NCBI GenBank assembly: GCA_044507075.1 | Contig: JBIQKA010000005.1 | Location: forward strand, 14,461-78,460 | Length of the DNA: 64,000 nucleotides | Direction of reading: 5' to 3' | Source of the DNA: Myxococcales bacterium | GTDB lineage: Bacteria > Myxococcota_A > Polyangia > Polyangiales > DASUME01 | Part shown: one piece after another, positions 18,948 through 27,548 of the stretch | How the letters are laid out: every line of letters begins with the position of its first letter | Numbering within the stretch: position 1 is the first letter of the stretch | Translations under genes and position numbers: made by a program | Notes under the pieces: model-generated | What the model was told of the DNA's origin: nothing | What the model saw: the letters and a program-made list of their open reading frames with translations, nothing else | Databases searched by the model: none

Positions 18948-18949
18948 AT

Positions 18950-19651
18950 TCAGAGCTCACAGCTATCGTCCGGCAACTCGCAGACGCACGCCTTCGCGAA
19001 GTTGTCGATTCCTTCCATCCCGAGGCAGTAGTCCATCTTCAGACACCCCCCCTGACCCGCGACCGGGCTCTCGTACGTCAACCGGACGGGCCACGTCCAC
19101 TCGTTGGACTCGACCCGCTGCCCCCCATCGGTGATCCCCCGGACTTTGACGGCCACGATGATCTGCGACAGCCGATTTTCGCCCAACACGTTCTCGCGCA
19201 GGCGGTCGGCGTATTCCTTCGGGATCAGGGTCACGCTCATGAAGCCCTGACCGCCGGGCTCGACGGTGCCTGTTCCGGTGAACGGATAAGGGTTTTCCAG
19301 CCCTGCGATCTCGAGGCGCGAGCCGTTGGGCTTGCGAAGCTCCACCGAACCTCCCCGAAGCGAGAGGCGGTTCGGCTCTGCGCGCGGAGGGACATCGCTC
19401 GAGCGCGGCTTGAGGCCGCTCTCCACGCTGAGCGCAGTGTCGTACTGGGATGCGGCGGCCAAGTTCATGACCCCCAACGCCACGCACTCGCCGGACTCGG
19501 GGTCGAAGACGCACTTTTGACCGTCGATTTCCGCGGTGATCGGGCACACCACATGGAGGGAAGCCCCGTCGTCCGCGCAACCTGTAACGCTCGCAAGGGC
19601 GACGAGCGCACCCGCCATTGCCGCGATCTCGAGCGAGCTGCTCCGAGCCAT
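18950..19651 (-). CDS. Cys-rich secreted lipoprotein, unknown function
   Basis: Start moved to ATG 19651, preceded by GGAGGGG. MARSSSLEIAAMAGALVALASVTGC carries a good lipobox (V-T-G-C). The mature part has eight further Cys residues. Confidence 0.65.
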   Translation of the reverse strand: MARSSSLEIAAMAGALVALASVTGCADDGASLHVVCPITAEIDGQKCVFDPESGECVALGVMNLAAASQYDTALSVESGLKPRSSDVPPRAEPNRLSLRGGSVELRKPNGSRLEIAGLENPYPFTGTGTVEPGGQGFMSVTLIPKEYADRLRENVLGENRLSQIIVAVKVRGITDGGQRVESNEWTWPVRLTYESPVAGQGGCLKMDYCLGMEGIDNFAKACVCELPDDSCEL

Positions 19652-19798
19652 GAAACCCCTCCAGGAGGCGCACCCCGAAACCGGGCACACCCGTTAGACT
19701 GTATCGAGCCGAAGGAGCGCGTGACAAATTTTGCGGGAAACTGCCGACGCTTTCGCGCCCTTGAAGCTCGCGTCGCCTGTCGCGCTCTCGCGCGAAGC

Positions 19799-21379
19799 TC
19801 AGCTGCGCACAAGCCGTTTCACGTCATCGAGTGACAGCGGCGTGAGGCGGGTGGCCCCAGGCGCACCGGGGACCACGAAGCGCACCTTGCCGCCCTTTCG
19901 CTTCTTGTCCGAGCCGAGGAAATCGAGTGTCTTGTCGTCCAGATACGGGTCGAGCTTCACCGGGAGTCCAAGACGCTCGAGCAGCTCGGTCATGCGCGCG
20001 AGCTGATCCTGGGTGGCCACGCCGAGCCCCTTCGCGAGTTTGAACGCCGCGACCATCCCGAGCGCGACCGCTTCACCATGGCGCAGCCCCGCAAAGCCCG
20101 TGGCCGCCTCGATGGCGTGCCCGACCGTATGGCCGAGGTTGAGCAACGCTCGCACGCCGGTCTCACGCTCGTCCTCGGTCACGATGCGCGCCTTGAGCTG
20201 CACCGACATCCGCACTGCTTCCGTGGTCGCGTCGAAGTCTCCTGAAACCAGGTTCTCGGCGCGCTCCTCCAGCATCTTCACGCTCTCTTCGCCGTCCAAC
20301 CACGCCGACTTCACGACCTCGGCCAGCCCGGCGCGGCGCTCCGCGAGCGGCAAGGTGGTGAGCGTCTCCACGTCGCACAGCACGAATCGCGGCTGGTGGA
20401 AGCTGCCGATCAAGTTCTTTCCCTGCGGCCGATCGATCCCAGTCTTGCCGCCCACCGCGCTGTCCACCATGGCCAACAGCGTGGTCGGGAGCTGCCCGAA
20501 GGAGAGCCCCCGCAAGATCGTGGAAGCCGCGAACGCGGCCATATCTCCCACGACGCCCCCGCCGACCGCCACCACCAGCGCATCCCGATCGACGCCCGCC
20601 GTCAGTGCTGCGTCCCAGATCTGTTCGATGCTCTGGATGTTCTTGTGTTGTTCGCCGGCGGGCAGGCACACCTTGGTGACCTTGAAACCGGCCTCTAAAA
20701 GCTCCCTCTCCGCGCGATTTCCCCAGGGCTCCTCGACCCCCGTATCGGTGACCAAGACAACCTGCGCCCCCGTCACCGCGCCGCGCGCTCGCTGGGCCAG
20801 CGCATGCCGCGTGCCTGCGCCCACCTCCACGCGGTATGTCCGCTCCCCCAGGGGCACCACGATGGCGGCGTCCGTGACCACCCGATCGATCGCCTGGGCG
20901 AGCTCGCGCACCGAGAGGTCGTCGGTGGCGAGCTCCGCGTGGCATTCGGCGTACGCTGTCGCGCGTTGTCCAAGGACGCTCGCGAGGCGCTGACGTACCT
21001 CGCTTCCCCCCGCGAGCAGGGGCCGCCCCTTGCCGGAGCCCACCCGCGCGCACAGGGTGTCGAGCGAAGCGCGCAACGTGATCAGCGTGCCCTCGCGGAG
21101 CAGCCTGCGGCGGGACTCCTGATCGACGACGGTACCGCCTCCAAGCGCCACGATTTTGTGGCTCGGATCGGCGAGCACCTCGGCCAACACGGAGCGCTCG
21201 AGCTCGCGAAAGCCGCTCTCGCCGCGACGCTCGAAGATCTGCGGGATGGACAGCCCCGCGCGCTGCTCGATGCGTTGATCCAGATCGATCGCGGGACAGC
21301 GCCACAACTCGGCGAGCGCCAGCGCCACCTGCGACTTACCGCTGCCCATGGGACCCGACAAAAAGACGCGTTCAGACAT
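19799..21379 (-). CDS. aroK-aroB: Bifunctional shikimate kinase / 3-dehydroquinate synthase (AroK-AroB fusion)
   Basis: The N-terminus has the shikimate kinase P-loop FLSGPMGSGKSQVA. From about aa 175 it reads as a DHQ synthase: VVAVGGGVVGDMAAFAAST, GQLPTTLLAMVDSAVGGKTGI, NLGHTVGHAIE. Confidence 0.9.
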   Translation of the reverse strand: MSERVFLSGPMGSGKSQVALALAELWRCPAIDLDQRIEQRAGLSIPQIFERRGESGFRELERSVLAEVLADPSHKIVALGGGTVVDQESRRRLLREGTLITLRASLDTLCARVGSGKGRPLLAGGSEVRQRLASVLGQRATAYAECHAELATDDLSVRELAQAIDRVVTDAAIVVPLGERTYRVEVGAGTRHALAQRARGAVTGAQVVLVTDTGVEEPWGNRAERELLEAGFKVTKVCLPAGEQHKNIQSIEQIWDAALTAGVDRDALVVAVGGGVVGDMAAFAASTILRGLSFGQLPTTLLAMVDSAVGGKTGIDRPQGKNLIGSFHQPRFVLCDVETLTTLPLAERRAGLAEVVKSAWLDGEESVKMLEERAENLVSGDFDATTEAVRMSVQLKARIVTEDERETGVRALLNLGHTVGHAIEAATGFAGLRHGEAVALGMVAAFKLAKGLGVATQDQLARMTELLERLGLPVKLDPYLDDKTLDFLGSDKKRKGGKVRFVVPGAPGATRLTPLSLDDVKRLVRS

Positions 21380-21444
21380 CAGGTCCGAAGTCTGTCCCGA
21401 AACCTTCGATCAGGCACGAGGCCGAGAGCTCGGGCTCGGGACCG

Positions 21445-23664
21445 TCACTTTTGCGCGGAGAACAGGGCCTGGTCGCGGTTCACGATGCGCGGCGTGATGA
21501 AGATCAAGAGCTCGCTACGTTGGTCCAGCATGCGGCGACGCTGGAACAAGAGGCCGAGGATCGGGATGTCCCCGAAGAACGGCACCTGGTCCACCGTGCG
21601 ACCGCTGTTGCGCTGGTAGATGCCGCCGATGACCGCCGTGTGGCCGTCGGAGATCAGCAGGTTCGTGGTGGCCTCTCGCTTGAGGATGGTCGGCTGGCCG
21701 TTGGCGCCCGTGCGCGTGAAGTCCGGCTCGTTGCGCGTGACCTGCACCTTCATCGAGACGGATCCGTCGGCGGTGACGTGGGGAGTCACGTTGAGCTCGA
21801 GCACGGCCGTCTGAAACGCCGTCTGCACGCCCTGGGCGCTGATCTGCGAGTAAGGGATCTGGGTGCCTGTCGAGATCTTGGCCGAGTGGTTGTCGAGGGT
21901 GAGCACGCGCGGTGAGCTGATGATCTTTACCGCGCCCGTGGTCTCGGCGGCGCTCAAGCGCACGTTGAGGTTGTAGTTGCCGTCCACGCTCCCGAAGGTG
22001 AGGCCCATCGCGCCACCCACGCCGGTACCGGCCGCGGCGGGCAGGTTCACGGCAAAGTTCGGGACAGGCGTGTTGGCCGCCAGCGGCGACAAGCCTTGCG
22101 TGGGCGTCTGCGCGTCGTAGGAACCGCCCGCGATGCCGATGTTGCTCGGGAACACGAGCCCCGTTTGGTTGCCGAACGCCTGGTTGAAGGAGACGTCACC
22201 GCCCCACTGGATGCCCACGTCGCGCATGTAGTTGCTCGTGGCCTCCACGATGCGCGCTTCGACGAGCACCTGGGCCGTCTGCGTGTCCAGGGTGCGCACC
22301 AGCTCTTCGGCGTCGTCCAGGCTCTCGATGATGTCGCGCACGATGAGCACGTTGGTGCGCTCGTCGACGGACACCGAGCCGCGATCGGTCAAGAGTTCCC
22401 GCACCCGGGGCTCCACGTCCTTCGCGGTCGCGTAACTCACGGGCACGAGGCGCGTCTCCAGCGGGGCTAGCGCCACCTGCTGCTTCTGGCGCGCCAGGGC
22501 GAGCTCCCGCTCCTTCTCGAGCACCTCCTGGGGCGCCACCCGGATCAAGTTGCCCTTGCGCTCCGCGCCGAGCCCCTTGGCCTGCAGGATCACGTCCAGC
22601 GCCTGGTCCCACGGCACGTCGCGCATGCGGATGGTGACGGCTCCGGACACGTCGTCGCTGGTGACCACGTTGACGCCACCCACCTCGGCCAAGAGCCGCA
22701 GGATGTTGTGGATGTCAGCGTCTTTGAAGTCGAGGTCGATGCGCCTGCCGGTGTACTTGCCCGGCGTGGCCGCCTTCGCTTGCATGGCCTGTCCGCTCAC
22801 GAACGAGGCCACCTCCTCCGAGTCGATCTCCACCGGAGGCGCGGGCACCAAGGTGCGAGATTTGAGCGGCCCCGTCTCTGCCTGCACGCCCGGCGCGAAC
22901 AGCCACACGATGCGGTTGCCCTCACGGATGGCGGTACCCGAGGAGTCCGGTGTGCGCTCCACTTCGACCAGGACGCGGTCGCCTTGGTGGTGCACTTGCA
23001 CGCCCTTCACCACCTCGAGCCCGTCACCCACGATCTTGCGCTGCGCAGCGGCGCCGATCGCGGCTCCCCGGATCTCGAGCCGCGCCGGCCCACGGGTGCC
23101 TGGGTAGACGCGAAACTCGGCGGGCCGACTGAGCTCGACCACCACCCGCTCGCGGCCATCACGGCGCTCGAGCGTCACGTTCCGGATCTCGGCGGAGGCG
23201 CTCGCGCTGCGCCTCTGTTCGGGCACCGCGGCCGGGCGCGTCGTGCCTTCGCTGGCGTCGAGCTCCTCCAGCGACACGATGATGTCTCCATCTTTCACGC
23301 GCGCGCGATAGGACGCGGGCTCACGCAGCGAGAGCTCGATGTGTACGCCCTGCGCGGTGGTGCTGGCGGTAGCTGACTTGACCAGCGTGGCCCCAGCGCC
23401 GAGCAGCACCCCCTCCTGCTTGAGCGAGACGTTGGCCACGTCGATGACCAGCACGTTTCCGCCCTCGCGCGTACGAATGGCGTAGTTCGGGACATCGAAG
23501 TCGCCATCGAGAATGACCTCTGCGCGCCCCCCCTGCCCTCGCACCTTCACCTGTGTCAGCGACGCAGGAGCCGACTCGGCGCGCCCCCTGGGAGCCCACG
23601 ATGCCGTCACCATCGCGAGCGCCAACAAGGTCGTCAGTCGAAAGCCTTGCCGCATGAACGCCAT
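21445..23664 (-). CDS. pilQ: Type IV pilus secretin PilQ (AMIN domains plus secretin)
   Basis: Start set at ATG 23664 (GAGGAG upstream; MAFMRQGFRLTTLLALAMVTASWA signal peptide). It has AMIN-like repeats, and the motifs ILRLLAEVGGVNVV, VLVEARIVEA and the C-terminal VPFFGDIPILGLLF...ELLIFITPRIV secretin signature. Confidence 0.9.
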   Translation of the reverse strand: MAFMRQGFRLTTLLALAMVTASWAPRGRAESAPASLTQVKVRGQGGRAEVILDGDFDVPNYAIRTREGGNVLVIDVANVSLKQEGVLLGAGATLVKSATASTTAQGVHIELSLREPASYRARVKDGDIIVSLEELDASEGTTRPAAVPEQRRSASASAEIRNVTLERRDGRERVVVELSRPAEFRVYPGTRGPARLEIRGAAIGAAAQRKIVGDGLEVVKGVQVHHQGDRVLVEVERTPDSSGTAIREGNRIVWLFAPGVQAETGPLKSRTLVPAPPVEIDSEEVASFVSGQAMQAKAATPGKYTGRRIDLDFKDADIHNILRLLAEVGGVNVVTSDDVSGAVTIRMRDVPWDQALDVILQAKGLGAERKGNLIRVAPQEVLEKERELALARQKQQVALAPLETRLVPVSYATAKDVEPRVRELLTDRGSVSVDERTNVLIVRDIIESLDDAEELVRTLDTQTAQVLVEARIVEATSNYMRDVGIQWGGDVSFNQAFGNQTGLVFPSNIGIAGGSYDAQTPTQGLSPLAANTPVPNFAVNLPAAAGTGVGGAMGLTFGSVDGNYNLNVRLSAAETTGAVKIISSPRVLTLDNHSAKISTGTQIPYSQISAQGVQTAFQTAVLELNVTPHVTADGSVSMKVQVTRNEPDFTRTGANGQPTILKREATTNLLISDGHTAVIGGIYQRNSGRTVDQVPFFGDIPILGLLFQRRRMLDQRSELLIFITPRIVNRDQALFSAQK

Positions 23665-23806
23665 CTCCTCTTCTAGCCCTGGTACGGATTTTCGGGCTTT
23701 CGCCCGATTTTGCGCAAAAAAAGAACGTGCGAAACCGTGAGCCCTCTCCGCCTCGAGCTCCACGAGCGTGCGCCTTCGTGCGCACGACGAGCGGCCGGCA
23801 GCGAAC

Positions 23807-24448
23807 TCAACCCTCGTCGCGGCGCGCGTCCGCGATGGACTGCTGGGTCTCATCGACGGGGTGCAAAGGAATGATCTGAATCAAAGGCGGGCGATTGGGT
23901 CCCGTCGGGTCCTCGCGCGCCAACACCACCTCGTTCGCCCGGATCCGGTCGACACGCCAGTTCAGCGCGACCGGGAGGTTCTCGGCGCCTCCCGTCTGCA
24001 CCACGTCCGCGACACCCACGAAGTCGCCGCGCGTGGTCACGTGCCCCACCCCCCGTTCGTCGACCAGCATGGCCCGTGGCTGATCGATACCCGAGATGAT
24101 GGCGATGAGACGCATGGCGCTCACGGGTGTGCTCGGCATCAGCACCGTGCGCTGCGCGACAACGGCGACCTTCCCCTTGAACTCGATAGAGAAGTTACGA
24201 AAGGGGTCACGATTGCTGTCACTCTCCACAAAGTCGGCGTCGCGCAGCACACGCGGCGCCGTGTCGGCCTGAGCGCTCGTCTCCGGCGCCCCTTTTGCGG
24301 GCGCTGCCTGCTCTGCCGACGCAGCTCCCGGCACACCGAAACCGAGCGTGTCAGCGCGCCCGAGCCCATCGTCCTCGCCACATCCAATCCAGCTCAGGGC
24401 GAGCAAGCCCGCGGCACTGACCCAACTTCGCTGTGCCCAGTTACGCAT
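23807..24448 (-). CDS. pilP: Pilus assembly lipoprotein PilP
   Basis: Signal/lipobox-like LLALSWIGCGE, an RDPFRNF motif and the beta-domain MRLIAIISGIDQPRAMLVDERGVGHVTTRGDFVG. Its position between pilO and pilQ fits PilP. Confidence 0.8.
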   Translation of the reverse strand: MRNWAQRSWVSAAGLLALSWIGCGEDDGLGRADTLGFGVPGAASAEQAAPAKGAPETSAQADTAPRVLRDADFVESDSNRDPFRNFSIEFKGKVAVVAQRTVLMPSTPVSAMRLIAIISGIDQPRAMLVDERGVGHVTTRGDFVGVADVVQTGGAENLPVALNWRVDRIRANEVVLAREDPTGPNRPPLIQIIPLHPVDETQQSIADARRDEG

Positions 24449-24455
24449 GGGAACG

Positions 24456-25028
24456 TCACACGTCCTTTCGGCGGAACGTGGTGGCGAGCACCCCCACCTT
24501 CAACACGAGCCCCTCGCCCTGCTCTTTGGGCTCCGAGAGCACGATGTTTTCCATGTTGATGGCGCGCTGCAGGCGACTCACGTTATAGAAGAACTTGGCC
24601 AGCTGGTGGTAGCGCCCGGAGAGCTGCAATCTGACCGGGATACGATAATAAAATTCGGCGTCCGACTCGGCGCTCGGCTCCACGGACTGGATGGTGAGGC
24701 CACTCAGTTCTGCGAGTTGATTGAGCTCCGCCAGCATGCTCGCGATCTCGGGATCGCGCGGCAGGATACGCATGTTCTGCTGGTCGACGATCTTGCGCGT
24801 CTCGACCTCCTCGCGGAGCTTCACGAATTGCTGCCGGAGCGCCTTGGCCGCGGCGAGCTCCTGCTCGAGCTGCGCCTTGCGCGCCGCCGCGTTCTCGATC
24901 TGCTCGGTCAGGGGGCCGTGAAACAGCGTGTAGTAGCCGGCGCCGAACGCGACCAGGAGCACCGCCAGCACCAGCACCTTGCTCGAGGCGGGAAGCTTCG
25001 CGAATTGCTGTCCTGCGGACTCAGCCAT
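24456..25028 (-). CDS. pilO: Pilus assembly protein PilO
   Basis: 190 aa: a single N-terminal TM (VLVLAVLLVAFGAGYYTLF), a coiled coil, then the ferredoxin-like domain YRIPVRLQLSGRYHQLAKFFYNVSRL. It overlaps pilN by 1 nt. Confidence 0.85.
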   Translation of the reverse strand: MAESAGQQFAKLPASSKVLVLAVLLVAFGAGYYTLFHGPLTEQIENAAARKAQLEQELAAAKALRQQFVKLREEVETRKIVDQQNMRILPRDPEIASMLAELNQLAELSGLTIQSVEPSAESDAEFYYRIPVRLQLSGRYHQLAKFFYNVSRLQRAINMENIVLSEPKEQGEGLVLKVGVLATTFRRKDV

Positions 25029-25672
25029 CAGTACCTCACCTTGCAGGTCAGCTCGAAACCGACGGCCACCTCACCGCTCCTGCCCGAGCCCGCTTGCGCG
25101 CCCGTGCGCACCAACACGATGTTGTCGAACACGCGCGACACGCTCAGTCGGCGCAGGAACTCGGCCACGTCCTCGTTGTTCCGGCCTGCGCCTCGGATCT
25201 GACAGGCCCGCCCGCTCTCCTGAAAGCTCGTGATCCAGAGCCGCCGCGTGTCCCAGCCCGGCGAAAAGCCTGCCTCGGGATTGGTCTTGCGGAGCTCGTC
25301 GAGCTTTTGCTGATCCACCGTGGGCCCGCGGCCGGGTGAAAGGATCGCAGAGAGCTCGAGCAACATGCGTGATGGCCCCTGGCGCGCCGCGAGGAGCCCC
25401 TGGATCACGTCCTCGAGCTTCTTCGACTGGGCGAGCTGCTGCTGAAGCTCTGCGAGGTTGCCGCTCTCGGCCTTGGCCTTGGCGAGCTGTTGCTCCAGAT
25501 CGAGGTTCTGCGCCGAGGCTTGATCCAGGTCGGAGCTCAAGCTGAAGTACACGAACGAGAGCGCCACGCACCACACGGCCACGGCCGCAAGGTACGTGTA
25601 GCCCCAGACCAACGTGCCGGTGCTCGCCGTCTCTCTGCGCCGTGCCTGCGGGAGCAGGTTGATGCGAATCAT
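25028..25672 (-). CDS. pilN: Pilus assembly protein PilN
   Basis: Canonical N-terminus MIRINLLPQARR, a TM helix and a coiled coil. It overlaps pilM by 4 nt. Confidence 0.85.
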   Translation of the reverse strand: MIRINLLPQARRRETASTGTLVWGYTYLAAVAVWCVALSFVYFSLSSDLDQASAQNLDLEQQLAKAKAESGNLAELQQQLAQSKKLEDVIQGLLAARQGPSRMLLELSAILSPGRGPTVDQQKLDELRKTNPEAGFSPGWDTRRLWITSFQESGRACQIRGAGRNNEDVAEFLRRLSVSRVFDNIVLVRTGAQAGSGRSGEVAVGFELTCKVRY

Positions 25673-26721
25673 GCCGCGCGCTCCTTGTCCTTACGGAGCG
25701 CGAGGCCGAACGCCACGGCCGCCGCCGGCGCGCAGCCATCGAGTTCCGCCACGCCGACGCTCTTGTCGTCGAGCTGCGCCGTTTTCAGCGGATCGATGAT
25801 CTCCACGGGCGCGCGGCAACGCTGGGCCACGGCGTCTTGCAGTGCGCCCAGGCGGGCCGACCCCCCTGACATCACCACACGACCGATCTCGCGGTCGCCG
25901 CTGGTGGCGAGATAAAAGTCCAGAGACCGCTGAATCTCACCGGCCAGGCTCAGCACCACCTCGTGGATGATACGCGGCACCTCTTGCGGGATGATGCCGC
26001 CGCCCGAGCCGCACTTGTAGGCCTCGGCCTCCTCGGCGCTGATGCTGAGCTGACGCTGGATCTCCTCCGTCACGGCGTTGCCGCCGTTGGCGATGTCGCG
26101 CGTGAACGCCGTGTTGCCATCGGCCAGGATGTTGATCGTCGTGAGCGACGCGCCGATGTGCATGAGGACCGTGGTCTCCCCGCCCTGGGGCGCGCCGTAA
26201 CCGGCCTCGAAACAGTTCTGTACCGTAAAGGCGTCCAGATCGATGATCTTGGGCCGGAGCTTGGCTTCGCTCACCAAGTTGACGAGGTCCTGGATCTCTT
26301 CTTTCTTGGCAGCGACCAGGAGGACATCCATTTGCCCCTCCTCCTGGCGCCGGCGCAGCACTTGATAGTCGAGCTCCACGTCCGCGATGTCGAAGGGGAT
26401 GTGCTGCTCCGCCTCCCACGACACCTGCTCGCGCAACTCGGCCGCGGTCATCAGCGGCATGGTCACCTTCTTGATGATCACGCTGTGACCGCTGATCCGA
26501 AGCGCCACGTCCTTGCGCCGCTGTTTGTGGAAGAGCTTTTCGAGCCCCTCCACCACGGCGCCGGAGTTCATGATGTGGCCGTCGACGATGCTCTGCGATG
26601 GAAGCGGGTGATAGCCGAAGCGGACCAGGGAGCGCGCCCCCTTTCGCCCCTCCTTGATCTCACAGACCTTGATCGAGCTCGACCCGATGTCGACACCGAT
26701 GAGGTTCTTGCCTTCGGACAT
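25669..26721 (-). CDS. pilM: Pilus assembly ATPase-fold protein PilM
   Basis: 350 aa with an actin/FtsA-like fold: IGVDIGSSSIKVCEI, LMHIGASLTTINI, VVMSGGSARLGAL. Confidence 0.9.
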   Translation of the reverse strand: MSEGKNLIGVDIGSSSIKVCEIKEGRKGARSLVRFGYHPLPSQSIVDGHIMNSGAVVEGLEKLFHKQRRKDVALRISGHSVIIKKVTMPLMTAAELREQVSWEAEQHIPFDIADVELDYQVLRRRQEEGQMDVLLVAAKKEEIQDLVNLVSEAKLRPKIIDLDAFTVQNCFEAGYGAPQGGETTVLMHIGASLTTINILADGNTAFTRDIANGGNAVTEEIQRQLSISAEEAEAYKCGSGGGIIPQEVPRIIHEVVLSLAGEIQRSLDFYLATSGDREIGRVVMSGGSARLGALQDAVAQRCRAPVEIIDPLKTAQLDDKSVGVAELDGCAPAAAVAFGLALRKDKERAA

Positions 26722-26730
26722 GTGAGAGCA

Positions 26731-27180
26731 TCACTCCTCCTCGCCGAACACGCGCACGCGGTCCGCAAGGCTCAAACCCAGGGCTTCCAGGATCTTCCGC
26801 TTGGTATCCATGCGGCACCCGTAACCTCTCTCCACGCGGTCGATCGTGAGAACCGACAAGTTGGCGCGGCGGGCGAGCTCTGCTTTGGACATCATCCGCT
26901 CGATGCGGATGCGCCGTACGTTGTTATTGTTCGATTTCTTGGGAGGCGCGCTCGGCGTTCCGACATTCGGGACCTCCGAGCGCTGTTCGTCGACTTCGTG
27001 GCTGTCGCTGCGCACATTGCGCGCACCACGAGCAGCGCTGGGCTGTTCGCCCGACGGCGGCTCCTCAGCGGACACACCCGTGCGCTCGCTCGGGCTCACC
27101 ACGCGCGCGCTGCGCGCAGAGGAGCCCGTCGCTGAACCCAACGAGAGTGCTACTGCGGAGACCTTGTCGTCCTGCTCCAT
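26731..27180 (-). CDS. XRE-family helix-turn-helix protein with disordered N-terminal half
   Basis: The C-terminal MSKAELARRANLSVLTIDRVERGYGCRMDTKRKILEALG is a typical HTH_3-like domain. It ends 9 nt upstream of pilM on the same strand. Confidence 0.7.
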   Translation of the reverse strand: MEQDDKVSAVALSLGSATGSSARSARVVSPSERTGVSAEEPPSGEQPSAARGARNVRSDSHEVDEQRSEVPNVGTPSAPPKKSNNNNVRRIRIERMMSKAELARRANLSVLTIDRVERGYGCRMDTKRKILEALGLSLADRVRVFGEEE

Positions 27181-27224
27181 GGCCCGCGACCATCCACGGC
27201 GAAACCCGTGCTTCGCCAGCCATC

Positions 27225-27254
27225 AACTTATGGAGCAGATGCCCGCAACGTCAA
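27225..27254 (-). promoter_or_regulatory. Putative sigma-70-type promoter for the HTH-pilMNOPQ operon
   Basis: The minus strand reads TTGACG (27254-27249), an 18-nt spacer, then TAAGTT (27230-27225), about 45 nt upstream of ATG 27180. This is motif matching only. Confidence 0.25.
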
Positions 27255-27548
27255 GCAATATTTGATAATTTGCCCATCATTGATAGATAAAAGACATCTA
27301 ATTATAGGCAAATGATGTGTTTGCTAGCGGCCAAACCGCGAGCTCACACGCCGTTCCATCTTCTCGGTTGTCAACGAGCGACCGCGAACCAGTCGATGTT
27401 CTCATCCGCGGCCCATCGTCAGCCAAAAAACTGCAGTCGCGCGGAATTCGTGGACACGGGCCGCGCGAGCGCGCAAGACGTTGAAGGAACGCTCGAGCAG
27501 ACATATCCTCGAGCCGTGCATCGTGCGCTCCCAAAGGTTTCACGTTCA

